A stretch of DNA of 64,000 bases from Mobula hypostoma (lineage: Eukaryota), in NCBI RefSeq assembly GCF_963921235.1, contig NC_086097.1, positions 21,082,001 through 21,146,000 of the forward strand, given 5' to 3'. The position numbers were made by a program, and so were the translations under genes. Below are positions 39,029 through 51,690 of this stretch, piece by piece. Numbering within the stretch: position 1 is the first letter of the stretch; the number at the start of each line of letters is the position of its first letter. The notes beneath the pieces are model-generated. The model was given only the letters and a program-made list of their open reading frames with translations, was not told the origin of the DNA and searched no databases.

Positions 39029-40043
39029 TGTCGGACCCAAATGCAAGACAGAGACACTGCAGTTCTAGGAACAGGACTAGGTTTGTCAAGAAGGCAAGGG
39101 AAGAAACGATGCTGGACATTGACACAGGCCCTGGACGAGACTAGGATTCAGGGCCTGAGCTAGAAGCATGGGACCTGGACGTGGAACTAAGAACGAGGAG
39201 CCTGGACTAGGAACTCGGAACACTGGAACCAGAGTCTGAACAAGGACCCGGAACCTGGGTCTTGACTCGGAACTGGAACCTGGGTCTAGGCTAGGACTCA
39301 AGACTAGGATCTTGGCAAGGACAGGACGACGCACATTGACAGGATGAGAACACAAAGCCTTGACTTGGACAGGACTAGGTTCTTGGACTTGGCTTGGACA
39401 GGATGAGGGATCTCCAGCACAGGACGAGGGAACTCCAGGACTGCGCTGGGCGAGGTACTCCTGGGCTAGGTGAGGAATCTCCAGCACCGGATGAGGAATT
39501 TCCATCACCGGGCCAGGCGAGGAACCAGAACTGGATGAGGACACGAAGCTCAGACTTGGACAGGACTGGAACACAGCGCCTGGAACTCGGAACACAGGAA
39601 CACAGAACACAGAACCGGGACCCCTCCTTGGGAACAGGACTTAGGGCCAGGGCTTTACACAGAGTCAGGACCCCTCCTTGGGAACAGGACCTAAGGCTGG
39701 GACTCTTCTTTGACACGGACACAAAACACAGGGACACAAAAAGACAGTTCCAAGCTCAACAATAGATAGTTCCTTATCTTGGCGCGGCAAGGCTCCAGCT
39801 TCACTCCGTAGTTGAACTAGATGGGGATACAGCTGAGGCTTCAGAAGGAAGGGGAAGGGAAGGGAACAGTCCAGCAAACAATCCCTGGTTTGCAGAGGTA
39901 TTTATGTGCCAGACCAAAATGAGAATCAGGTGCTTCAACTAAGGCACCCAACAGAACAAGGGAGAAAACAAGAAAACCCGGAACAATGATCGACGGACCG
40001 GACCGTGAACCGGAATGCGGACTTCACAGACCGGACCATGACA
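39029..40043 (-). mobile_element. LTR-like element with internal degenerate tandem repeats
   Basis: TGTC...GACA termini; internal ggactag/ggaacc-type repeats and duplicated ggacccctccttgggaacaggac; no clear TSD. Confidence 0.5.
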
Positions 40044-40059
40044 GAAAGTGTGTACAACC

Positions 40060-40570
40060 AGATCCAAAGTTTGTCAAACTTCTATCGATGCACGGTGGAG
40101 AGAATTCTGACAGGTTGCACCATGGCCTGGTACGAAACAGCAATGCCCAGGAACAGAAAAGTCTGCAAAAGGTGGTGGACACAGCCCAGTCCATCACACA
40201 GGCAAAGTCCTCCCCATCACTGAGTACATTTACCGGGGTGTCACAAGAGAGGAGTGTCCATCATCAAAAACCCCCACCATCCAGGCCACGCTCTCTTCTC
40301 ACTGCTGCCATAAGCAAGGAAGTACAGGAGCCTTGGGCCCCACACCGTCTGGTTGTGGAACAGTTATTGCCCTTCAACCATCGAGCTTCTAGATAACTTC
40401 ACACACCTCATCGCTGAACTGATTCCACAACGCATGGACTCACTTTCAAGGAATCTACACTTAAATTCTCAGTATTATTTATTTATTTATCTATTAATTA
40501 TTGTAACCTCTTTGTACTTGGACAGTTTGTCTGCTGTTGCACATTGGTTGTTTGTCAGTCTTTGCATGTA
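40060..40570 (+). mobile_element. Rex1-like LINE 3' fragment
   Basis: LSNFYRCTVERILTGCTMAWY; KSLQKVVDTAQSIT. Confidence 0.8.
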
Positions 40571-41299
40571 GTTTCCATTGATTTTATAGCATTCGAGATG
40601 GGGGACCTAAATGCCAGCGGCGTAATGGGCGGTAAGTAAGAGACAGGGTAGATAGTCAGAGCCTTTTTCCCAGGGAGGAAACATCAAAAACTGGAGGATA
40701 TAGGTTTAAGGTGAGAAGGGGAATGTTTAAAGAAGATTTATGAGGCAAGCTAATTTTACACAGAGAGTGGTGGGTGCCAGTGGAAGTGTGAGAGCAGTGT
40801 CTGGGAAGCATTTAGGCAAGCACATGAACTGACGGGGATTGGAGAGATATGGACTTTGTCAGACTGGCACAAACATGGGTCAAGGGGCCTGGTGCCCTGT
40901 TGTACTATTGTATTGTCTATGAGATCGATCGAGCCAGGATTTGACTGAGAGAGGCATCAAGGAGTCCTGGTGAAACTGAAGTCACAGGCATCAAGGGGAA
41001 AATACTCACCCAGAGGAATGTGGCTTTGATCGCTTGAGATCAGTCACTCCAACCCTAAGACTTTGTTTCCTGGGTCTTGGATGTTTCTGCCTTGAATGTA
41101 AGACCATTTTTGAAGCAGCCCAAGAGAAAGTGCAGTGCAGATAGAAACCAAGTGCAAGATTATAAAGGGGTAAATTACGAGGTCAGGGGTTTGTCTCATG
41201 GTAGTCAGAGTTGATAAATGACAAGCAGAATTTGTTCCACAAACTGACAGACATTGATTGTACACAACACAGGAGAGATATCACATTACACTCAACATC

Positions 41300-42069
41300 G
41301 GAGGGCAGAGCTTAGTCAAGATGGCGCTAAACAGTGACTCCTTTGCTTGCGTCTTCGGAAACAGCTCCATTTCCATCTTGAATATCTCTATTTTTCCCTT
41401 TTCAGGGTTCTTTTGAAGACCCTGACCTGGAGTTACACGCTGACTTCGGTTCTTTGCGGGAATGGGCCTCGCTCTCGGGGTGTCACGACTGGCCGTTATC
41501 CGACATGCCAAGGGCACGGCCTAAGAATTCGGCTTGCCTTTGGAGGCCTAGGATCTCGGGGCTCTGGAGACGGGCGGATCGAAGGTCGGTGTCCCAGACC
41601 GGTGTTTCATGGGAGCTGGAAGATCTTTGGCTGTGTGACCGAAGACCTTGGGCACAGAGCTTGGAAAAAGTGACACAATGGACTTTTAACATCGTAGACC
41701 AACGAGTTGTTTGTTATGTCTCCCCTCTCGCTGTGAAACAGAGACACCCCTTTCTCCCTGATCAGGGAAAGAGAGAGCCTATGGTATGTTGAATACCGGG
41801 TGAATGCATAGTCTCTGGAGTACTGCAAGTCTGTGTCTTTGCTGCTGGTTTTGCTCACACTTGAGTGCACGGTGGTGGGTGCTGGAGGGGCAGGGTATCA
41901 CTGCTTGCTGTTGCTTATGTGCGGGAGGGACTTTGGGGTTCTAACATTTAACTGTCATTCATTCTTTGGGGCACTCCTTTGTTTTCGTGGATGGTTGCGA
42001 AGAAAAAGCATTTAAAGATGTATATTGTATACATTCGCTGACATTAAATGTACTTTTGAAGCCTTTGAA
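41300..42069 (+). mobile_element. Non-autonomous retroelement inserted into a short tandem repeat
   Basis: Starts gggcagagcttagtcaagatggcgc, ends attaaatgtacttttgaagcctttgaa; acaggagagNtatcacattacactcaacatc occurs on both sides. Confidence 0.65.
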
Positions 42070-42714
42070 ACATCACCACATTGTACACAGCACAGGAGAG
42101 CTATCACATTACACTCAACATCACCACATATGTAAAGATATCCCTTTACATTCAGCATAACTACATTAGAATATACTGTAGAAGAACACAGCCCACAATG
42201 TTGTGCCGATCATAATGCCTGTGTATCATCCATATCCCTCCATTCTCTTCGTATTCATGTATTTATCTAAAAGCCTCAAACTCCGACAAACTGCTTGATT
42301 CCTCTACGACCATACCAGGCACCTACCACTCTGCATTAAAAAAAAGTAGTCCCTCTTGTTACCTTTAAACTATCCCTCTAATCTTAAAAGCATGTCCTCT
42401 GGTGTCTGGCGTTTCTACCCCAAGAAAAATGTCTTGTCTGTGCTAAACGTAAGAGATTCTGCAGATGCTGACATCTTGAGCAACACTAATTAAGTGCTGG
42501 AGGAACACAGCAAGTCAGGCAGCATCTACGGAGGGGAATAAACCATCGACGTTTTGGGCTGAGACCCTTTGTCAGGACCAGAAATGAAGGGGGCAAAAGC
42601 CAGAATAAGATTGTGGGCAGAGGGGCAGGAGTATAAGCTGTCAGGTGATTGGTGAAGCCCATCTTACTTAAATACCCTCCCCCTCCCACCTCACCTGGTT
42701 TCACGTAATTTAAA

Positions 42715-43320
42715 AAATCTCTGACATGCCTCCCTTAGGCTCGAACACTCTAGGAAGAACAAAACTAGCTTGTCCAGCCTTTCCTTATGACTCATACCTT
42801 CTAATCCCTGAAACATCTTGGTAAACCTCTTCTGTGCCCTCTTCACAGTCTCCATATCCTTCCTATAATGGGGCAACCAGAAATACACACAGAAGTCCAA
42901 TTGCGGTCTGAATAAAGTTTGACATCGACACAGCATGACTTCTTTCCTCCTATACTCAACACTCCTACCAATGAAGGCAAGCATTCCATTCATTTTCTTT
43001 ATCACCTTATCCACATGTGTAGCCACTGTTAGTGAACTCTGGACCTGGATCCCAAGATGCCCCGTTCCTCAAATGTCATTAAGTGGTCTGCCATTAACCA
43101 CATACATTCTCCATTCATTTGACCTCCCAAAGTGCAACGTCTCAGCTGAAACTTTATCGGCCACTTCTTTGCCCATGTCTGCAATTGATCTGTATGTTAC
43201 TGTTTTCTTTGATAGTCCTCCAGTCTTGGTGCCATCTGCAAACTTGCTGATCCATTCATCTATGTTTTTATCCAAATCACTGATCTATTTCACGAGCAGC
43301 AGAGGTCCCAGCACCGATCC
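42715..43320 (-). mobile_element. CR1 LINE RT fragment
   Basis: WISKFADGTK; GMLAFIGRSVEYR; RPQLDFCVYFW. Confidence 0.8.
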
Positions 43321-44034
43321 TTGAGAGATACCAGCTGTTCCACAGCTGAGCAGGTCTTTAGATGCTGAATGTTCATGCCCACTCATGGCGAGGGTCTGCA
43401 GCAGGAAGAGTTTCTTTTATGTTCACCAGCTGAGTATTTTGCACATCGAGCTTTATGGTTGAAAGCACAGAAATTGCCTTGTGTCTCCATAGGTTCGAAA
43501 GCAAAGCTGCCACCACACTGGAACCTCAGGAGGATCTGAAGTGAAAATCAAAGGCTTCCTATTAATTAAAGATCCCAGTCTCACCGGCTTGTCTGAATTA
43601 TTATTTCTCAGCTAATCATTAACTTGGACACTCATAAATGTCACTGCAAGTGTATTTGCAAGGCAATCCAGCTTTCATTACTGACCTATGCAGAAAACAG
43701 GACACTGGCTTACATGACCTGCACAAACCCACTTAACATGGAACTCAGGAGACTGCGGAATGACGGGCTCTCCTCCACAGTTTGAGCACGGCTGCACCTT
43801 GCTCAGGGATTGCTATTAAAAAATACGAAAGGTCAGTGAGGCTGCCCACTGGATACCCACGAAACACTTGGGTAAGCTTTGTGCTTACCCATTAAGTTTC
43901 AAAATTCAAGTTGATTTGTTATGTGTACAGCAAAAAGGTTGAGTTAAATTTACATTTCCCATTACAACCAACACACCTGAGGGTGTGCTGGGGACAGACC
44001 ACAAGTGCCGCAACTCATTCCGGTGACAACAAAG

Positions 44035-45256
44035 CATGCTCACCATGCACACCGTGATCACCATGCTCACCATGCTCACCATGCACACCATGCTCACCAT
44101 GCTCACCATGCTCACCGTGCACACCATTCACACCATGCTCATCATGCTCATCATGCACACCATGCACACCATGCTCACCATGCTCATCATGCTCACCATG
44201 CACACCATGCTCATCATGCACACCATGCTCATCATGCACACCATGCACACCGTGATCACCATGCTCACCATGCTCATCATGCTCACCATGCTCACCGTGA
44301 TCACCATGCTCATCATGCTCACCGTGCTCACCGTGCTCACCATGCTCACCATGCTCACCATGCTCACCGTGCACACCATGCACACCATGCACACCGTGAT
44401 CACCATGCTCACCATGCTCATCATGCACCCCATGCACACCATGCTCACCATGCTCACCATGCTCATCATGCACACCATGCTCACCATGCTCACCATGCTC
44501 ACCATGCTCACCATGCTCATCATGCACACCATGCACACCATGCTCACCATGCTCACCATGCTCACCATGCTCACCATGCTCATCATGCACACCATGCACA
44601 CCATGCTCACCATGCTCACCATGCTCATCATGCACACCATGCTCACCATGCTCACCATGCTCACCATGCTCACCATGCACACCATGCACACCATGCTCAC
44701 CATGCTCACCATGCTCACCATGCTCACCATGCTCATCATGCACACCATGCACACCATGCTCATCATGCACACCATGCTCACCATGCTCACCATGCACACC
44801 ATGCTCACCATGCTCACCATGCACACCATGCTCACCATGCTCACCATGCTCATCACGCACACCATGCTCACCATGCTCATCATGCACACCATGCTCATCA
44901 TGCTCACCATGCACACCATGCTCACCATGATCACCATGTTCACCATGCTCACCGTGCTCACTATGCTCATCATGCTCACCATGCTCACCGTGCTCACCAT
45001 GCTCACCATGCTCACCATGCTCACCGTGCACACCATGCACACCATGATCACCATGCTCACCATGCTCACCATGCACACCATGCACCCCATGCTCACCATA
45101 CTCACCGTGCACACCATTCACACCATGCTCATCGTGCTCATCATGCTCACCGTGCACACCATGCACGCCATGCTCACCATGCTCACTATGCACACCTTGT
45201 TCACCATGCTCACCGTGCACCCCATGCTCACTATGCACACCGTGCTCACCATGCTC
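44035..45256. repeat. 9-bp minisatellite (CACCATGCT / CACCATGCA variants), about 135 copies
   Basis: Directly visible; accounts for the HHA, MLT, EHG and MVS repeat ORFs. Confidence 0.98.
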
Positions 45257-45848
45257 GGCAGAACAACACAAAACAGAACAAGCACCAAAACGACAACAAA
45301 GCCTCGTTCCTCCCTCCCACCCATGCACATATGCAGTCCTTTAACCCCGGCCTCTGGCAGACTCAGACTTATTAAAATGCAAGCGAAATTTTTACCAGCA
45401 GCATTGTAAATCATAATTCATGCTAAACAAAACTCTCTGGCTTTGAGAATTTACTTCTGGGAGAGTGGAATCCTCATTATAAAAACCGGAAAATAATTTC
45501 ACTTTTTGTCCTTCAATTTCATATTGCTTTCCCTTTTCTCCAACACTTCCTGTATATGAACATAGAACATTATAGCACAGTACAGGCCCTTTGGCCCAAA
45601 GTGTTGTGCTGACCTTTTAACTTACTCTAAGTTAAATCTAACTCTTGACAGACTCTATTTTTCTATTATCCATGTGCCTATCTAAGAGTTTCTTAAATGC
45701 CCCTATTGTATCTGGCAGGGCATTCAATACACTTACCACTCTGTGTGAAGGACTTACCTCTGTCTTCTCCTCCAGACATTCCTCCAATCACCTTAAAATT
45801 ATCTTCTTTGTCTTAGCCATATAGATCAAAAAAAGCTGTGAGTTGCAA

Positions 45849-46053
45849 CCACGAGGAAATCTGCAGATGCTGGAATTTCAAGCAACACACATAAAAGTTG
45901 CTGGTGAACGCAGCAGGCCAGGCAGCGTCTCTAGAAAGAGGTACAGTCGACGTTTCGGTCCTGACAAAGGGTCTCAGCCCGAAACATCGACTGTACCTCT
46001 TCCTAGAGATGCTGCCTGGCCTGCTGCATTCACCAGCAACTTTTATGTGTGTT
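45849..46053. mobile_element. ~205-bp PLE-derived fold-back element with hammerhead-like motif at 45957-45993
   Basis: Near-perfect ~75-bp inverted arms (45881-45957 and 45980-46056); direct repeat GCTGTGAGTTGCAA at 45835-45848 and 46054-46067. Confidence 0.85.
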
Positions 46054-46090
46054 GCTGTGAGTTGCAAGATGTTTTGCCTTATCATCATAC

Positions 46091-46643
46091 ACACAGTGGC
46101 CACTTTATTAGGTATATCTGTATACTTGCTCATTAATGCAAATATGCATTCAGCCAATCATATGGCAGCAACTCAACACATAAGAGCATGCAGACATGGT
46201 CAAGAAGTTCAGTTGTTGTTCAGACCAAACTTCAGAAGAGGGAAGAAATGTGATCTAAGTGACTTTGATGGAGGAATGATTGTTGGTGCCAGAATGGATT
46301 GATTTGAATATCTCAGAAACTGCTTATCTCCTGGTATTTTCATGCACAACAGATTCTACAGCTTACAGAGAATGGTGCGAAAAATGATAAAAAATAAAAT
46401 AAAACCTAGTGAGCGGCAGTTCTGTGGGCGAAAACACATTGATAACGAAGGGTCAGAGGAGAATGGTCAGACTGGTTCAAGCTGACAGCGACTGAAATAA
46501 CCTCACATTACAGCAGCAGTGTGCAGAAGAGCAGCTCTGAAAGCAGACCATGTTGAACCTTGAAGTGGATGGGCTACAGCAGCAGAAGACCTCGAGCATA
46601 CACTCAGTGGCCACTCCTGTACCTCATAAAGTGGCCATAGAAT
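46091..46643 (+). mobile_element. Non-autonomous Tc1-like deletion derivative
   Basis: cagtggccactttattaggta / tacctcataaagtggcca termini; GKKCDLSDFD.GMIVGAR HTH remnant; second copy inverted at 54348-54882. Confidence 0.8.
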
Positions 46644-47159
46644 GCATGCCTTTTATCATCTTGTACACATATCACTTAATTTTAAAATTATCCTGATTCA
46701 CGCTCCCTGGTTTAGACTTGGTATGCCTCAGGAAAAAAGATTGTTTGGTCAAGTGTTGAAGAGATATGCTTCATTTTCCTTATTCATCTGAGTCCCAGAT
46801 CTTCAGTGGAGGAAAATGTGTTTGTTCAGGTGGTTCATGACAGCAGGAGACACAAGAGATTGCAGCTGCTGGAACCTAGTTATTAAAAAAAAATCTGCTG
46901 AAGGAACTCAGCATCTGTGAAGGGAAATGGAAGGTCAAAACTTCAGGTTGAGACCGTTCACTTGGACTGAAAGATGGAAGGGGGATATTCAGTATAAAGA
47001 GGTGAATCAGAGAGGTTGGGGCAAAAGCTGGCAAGTGATAGGGTGAGGAGGGTGATTGGTCGATGGAGTCCTGGGGAAGGAATGGTTGGAGATGATGACA
47101 GAGGCTGTGAGGAAATAAGTGGCGGCAATAAAGTGCTGAAGATTATAAAGATTAACCAT

Positions 47160-47735
47160 GTAATGCTGAGGCTTCATAGGGCATTGGTTAAACCAGTTGT
47201 AAGCAGTTTTGGGCCCCTTATGTATTGAAAGAAAGTGCTGGCATTGGAGAGGATCCGGAAGATGTTCACGAGAATGAATCTGGGAATGAAAGGGTTAACA
47301 TTTGAGGAGGGTTTGAGAGTTCTGGACCCGTACTTGCTGGAGTTCAGAAGAATGAGGGGGAATCTCATTGAAATCTATTGAATATTAAAAAGCCTAGATA
47401 GAGGGATGTGGAGAGGATGTTTCCTTTAGTGGGGGAGCCTAGGACCAGAGGGTACAGTCTCATTGTACAAGGACGTTTCTTTAGAATGGAGATGAAGAGG
47501 AATCTTCTTGGGCAGAGGGTACTGAACGTGTGAAATTTCTTGCCACATATAGCCCTGGAGGCCAAGTCATTGGGTATATTTAAAGTGGAGGTTGATAGTT
47601 TCTTGATTAGTAGGGCACCAAAAGTTACGGGGAGAAGGCAGGAGAATGGGTTTGAGAGGAAAGATAAATCAGCCATGATCAAATGGTGGAACAGACTTGA
47701 TGGACTGAAGGACCTAATTCTGCTCCTAAGTCTTA
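47160..47735 (+). mobile_element. CR1 LINE 3' fragment
   Basis: VMLRLHRALVKP through the CR1 3'UTR. Confidence 0.8.
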
Positions 47736-48179
47736 TGATTGCAAAATCTGATAGGAAAGACAGGTAAAGAGTGGAGTGTAATAAAAGAGGAAAGGTGGCC
47801 AGAAAGGAATTGTGGGATGTGGGGACTGGGAACCCATTGGGGGAACTGGGTGCCGGGCAGATAGAACAGGTGAGCGAGGGAAATGATACAAAGTGATAGG
47901 GGCCAGAGGGTGTTTTATTTGGAAAGAAGGGGCTTTCTGAGAGGACCTGGGGAGATCAGAAGAAGAGTGAAAGGGAGCAGGAGGCCAATCAGAAGCCCAT
48001 AGGAAGCCTTGTAGGCAGCCATGAGTTTGACGAGCATCATAATCTGTGCAAGTGTTGCTAATAACAATCCACGTCCATGGTGATTCTGAGTGCAGAGAAA
48101 CTGCTGGTGAATCACATGTCATGTAGACATCAGCCCATCCCACAGGGCATGAACTGGATCTGCAAAAAGTAGGAGGCAG

Positions 48180-48875
48180 GATATTGGTATCGGTGTATTA
48201 TTGTCCCATGTACCAAGGTACTGTGAAAAGCTTGTTGTGCATATTGTTCACGTAAATCAAGTCATTACACAGTGCACGGAGGTAGAGCAAGGTAAAGCAA
48301 TAGCAATGCAGAATAAAGTGTAATAGAGCAGTGCAGGTAAACAGGAAAGTGCAAGGTCATAGTGAGATAGATTGTGAGGTCAAGAGTCCATCTTATTGTA
48401 CAGAGGTCTGATCAAGAGTCAGATAATGGTGGGACAGAAGCTGACCATGAGCCTGGTGGTAGATGCTTTCAGACTTTTGTTATCTTTTGCTGATGTGAGA
48501 GGGGAAAAGAAAGAACGCCCAGTGTGGTTGTTGTCCTTGACTATTCTAGTTGTTTTACCAAGGCAGCGAGAAGGAGGGCAGGCCGGTTTCCGTGATGCGC
48601 TGAGCTGGATCTACAAGTGTCTACAGTTGCTCGTGGTCACATACACAGCAGTTGCCATAACAGGCCATTATACATCCTCTAGGAGGGGACGATGGACTGA
48701 GCTGTGTCCACAAATCTCTGCAATTTTTTGCAGTGTTGGGCAGAGCGGTTGCCAGACCAAGTTGTCATGCATCCAGACATGATGTTTTCTGTGGTGCATA
48801 TATAAAAACTGGTGAAGGTCAACGTGGACATGCCAAATTTCCTTAGCCTTCTGAGGACGTAGAGGCACTGGCGTC
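48180..48875 (-). mobile_element. Decayed Rex1-like LINE 3' fragments
   Basis: Reverse complement resembles the RRLRKFGMS..FY.CT.ES region and the Rex1-like 3'UTR. Confidence 0.6.
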
Positions 48876-49444
48876 AACACAGTTGGTCCCAGCATAGTAT
48901 GGGAGAGGCTGAGGCCATTATGGTGGAAGTGAGACATTGAAAATAATCCAGCAGCGAAGGTTAGGAGCAATGACCTTTAATGACAATGGGGGGCAGTGGA
49001 GGCAGAAACAGGTTCAGTGTCGAGGGGAAGTCAGAAAGTAGAAAGTGAAGACTAGGTTCTGACATTTAGCAATGTACAGTCCTAAAAGTAATATATAACT
49101 GTAAATGTACTAGATGTTATAAACCAAAGTTAGAGTCATAGTTAAGGTTCATGGAAAAATATTCTACAACATAGCTTAGGTTATGAAGTTAAGGGAACAG
49201 CTATGGCGTAAAATGTAAGAAGAGGACATGTGAAGCTTTCTTGGAAATGTGATTTATGGGAAGTACCTAAACCTGGAATGGATACTGAGCAGTTACTTAG
49301 CTCATAGAAAGAGTATGCTGTTAACAGAACTACAGAGTCTTCGAGCCTGTAAATGCTTCTGAAAATAATACATTTTATGATTTTATATCTGCAGATAATT
49401 AGCTGTTGATATAATTTTGGTAGAAGATGGCTTGCATAGGACTT

Positions 49445-50870
49445 AGAGCATTTCAGCACAGAATCAGGCTCTTTGGCCCATCTAGTCTGTGCCTGCCTGT
49501 TTTTCTCCCTTGTCCCATCTACCCACATCTGGACTACAGCCCTCCATACCCTATTCATCCATGTACCTATCCAAATTTCTCTTAAATGTTGCAATTGAAC
49601 CTGTATTACCATCACTGCTAGCAGCTCATTCCACATTTGCACCGGCCTCTGAGTGAAGCAGTTCTCTCTCAGGTTCCCCTTAAAGATTTCACCTTTCACC
49701 CTGAACCTGTGTAACTTGTTCCAGCCTCGTCCACCTCAGCGGAAAAAACCCGCTTGCATTTATCAAATCAATACCCCTCATATTTTTGTGTACCTCTATC
49801 AAATCTCCCCTCACCTTCTACACTTCAAGGATTAAGGTCCTAACCTGTTCCATTTTCCCCTATTACTCAGATCCTAAATTTCCAGCAACATCCTTCTAAG
49901 TTTTCTCTGCATTCTTTCAAGCCTATTGATATCTTTCCTAAAGGTAGGTGACCAGAACTGCACAAATTTGGCCTTACAAATGTCTTATACCGCTTCAATA
50001 TAACCTCCTAACTCCTGTACTCAGTGCTCTGATTTAAGGCTAATATGCCAAAAGCTTTCTTTACGTCCCTAACCACCTGTAACGAATTAGGAATCTGTAT
50101 TCCCAGATCCCTTTGTTTTACATTCAGTACCTTAACATTCACTGTATAATTCCTACCCTTGTTTGTTTGTGAAATGCAACACCTTGCACTTTTCTAGTGC
50201 ATTAAATTCCATCTGCTCTGCCATTTTTCAGTCCATTTTTCCAACTGGTTCAGATTACTTTGCAAGCTTTGATAGCCTTGCTTGGTGTCCACTATGCCCT
50301 CAACCTTGGTGTCACCTGCCAATTTGCTGATCCAGTTAACCTCATTATCATCCAGATCATTGATATGAATGATAAACAACAACGCACCCAGCACTGATCC
50401 CTGCTGCACTCCACTAGCCACAGGCCTCCAGTCAGAGAAGCAACCATTTATTACCACTCTCTGGCTTCTCCCACAAAACCAGTGTCTAATCCAAGTTAAT
50501 AGTTCATTCCGCATGCCAAGTGACTGAAACTTCTGGTCCAGCCTCCAATGTGGCACTTTGTCAAAGGTCTTACGAAAGTCCATGTAGACAACGTCCATTG
50601 CCTTTCCTTTAACAATCTTCCTTGTAACCTCCTCAAGAAATCTATAAGATGGTTAGACATGACCTACCATGCACAAAGCCATGTTGACTATCTTTATTTA
50701 TGCCATATCCATCCAAATATTTATATACTCGGTCCCTTAGAATACCTTCCAATAAGTTACCCACGACTGATGCCAGTCTCAGCAACCTGTAATTTCCCAG
50801 CTTATTCTTATAGCCTTTTCTAAACAAAGGAACAACGTAACCTATCCTCCAGTTCTCCAACACCTCAACT
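49445..50870 (-). mobile_element. CR1 LINE RT region and 3' end
   Basis: WRI..VVPLFRKG..GNYR; QHGFVHGRSCLT; DVVYMDFRKTFDKVPH; SGVQQGSVLG; ISKLAGDTK. Confidence 0.9.
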
Positions 50871-50881
50871 AACCATGATTT

Positions 50882-51690
50882 TAAACTGGATCAGCAAGTT
50901 TGTGGATAATAGCAAGACTGGGGGGTGTAGTGGAGAGTGAAGAAGACCATCAAAGCTCGCAGTGGGATCTGGACCAGCTGGAAAGATAGGCTGAGAAATG
51001 GCAGATGGAATTTAATACAGAAAAGTGTGAGGTGTTGCACTTTGGGAGAACTTACACGGTGAGCGGTAGGGCACTGAGGAGTGTGGTAGAACAGAGGGAT
51101 CTGGGAATACAGATCCAGAATTCCTTGAAGTTGGCATCACATGCAGATAAGGTCATATAAAGAGCTTCTGGTACATTGGCCTGCATAAATCAAAGTTGAG
51201 TACAGGAGTTGGGATGTTATGTTGATGTTGTATAAGACATTGGTGAGGCCTAATTTGGAGTATTCTGTGCAATTTTGGTCACCTACCTACAGGAAAGATG
51301 TAAATAAGATTGAAAGAGTGCAGAGAAAATTTACAGGGATGTTGCCAAGACTTGAGGACCTGAATTATAGGGAAAATATAAGTAGGCTAAGACTTTATTC
51401 CTTAGAATGTATAAGATCAAGGGGAAATTTGATAGAAATATGCAAATTTATGAGGGTAAATGCAGCAATCTTTTTCCTCTGAGGTCGGGTGAGACTAGAA
51501 CTAGAGGTCATGGGTTAAGGGTGAAAGGGTTTAAGGGAAACGTGAGGGGGAACTTCTTCACTCGGAAGGTGGTGGGAGTGTGGAATGAGCTGCCAGCAGA
51601 AGTGGTGCATGCGACTTAAATTCAACATCTAAGAGAAATTTGTATAGGTAAATTGATAAGAGGTCCAAGAGCAGGTTGATGGGACTAGGG
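50882..51690 (+). mobile_element. CR1 LINE 3' fragment
   Basis: LYKTLVRPNLEYSVQFWSP; GNFFTRKVVGVWNELP. Confidence 0.85.

Noticed and set aside
39086..39765. Pro/Ser/Gly-rich ORFs
   Set aside because: They arise from low-complexity repeats inside an LTR-like element.
44005..45375. Histidine-rich protein gene (HRP2-like)
   Set aside because: Frame starts at GTG, several frames on both strands are equally open, and the array sits inside a repeat; not called as a CDS.
47990..48160. Minus-strand exon after acceptor cctactttttgcag
   Set aside because: No donor and no recognisable product; support too weak.
49445..51690. Twin-primed inverted CR1
   Set aside because: The two opposed fragments cover overlapping parts of the consensus and each extends to the 3' region, so two separate insertions are more likely.
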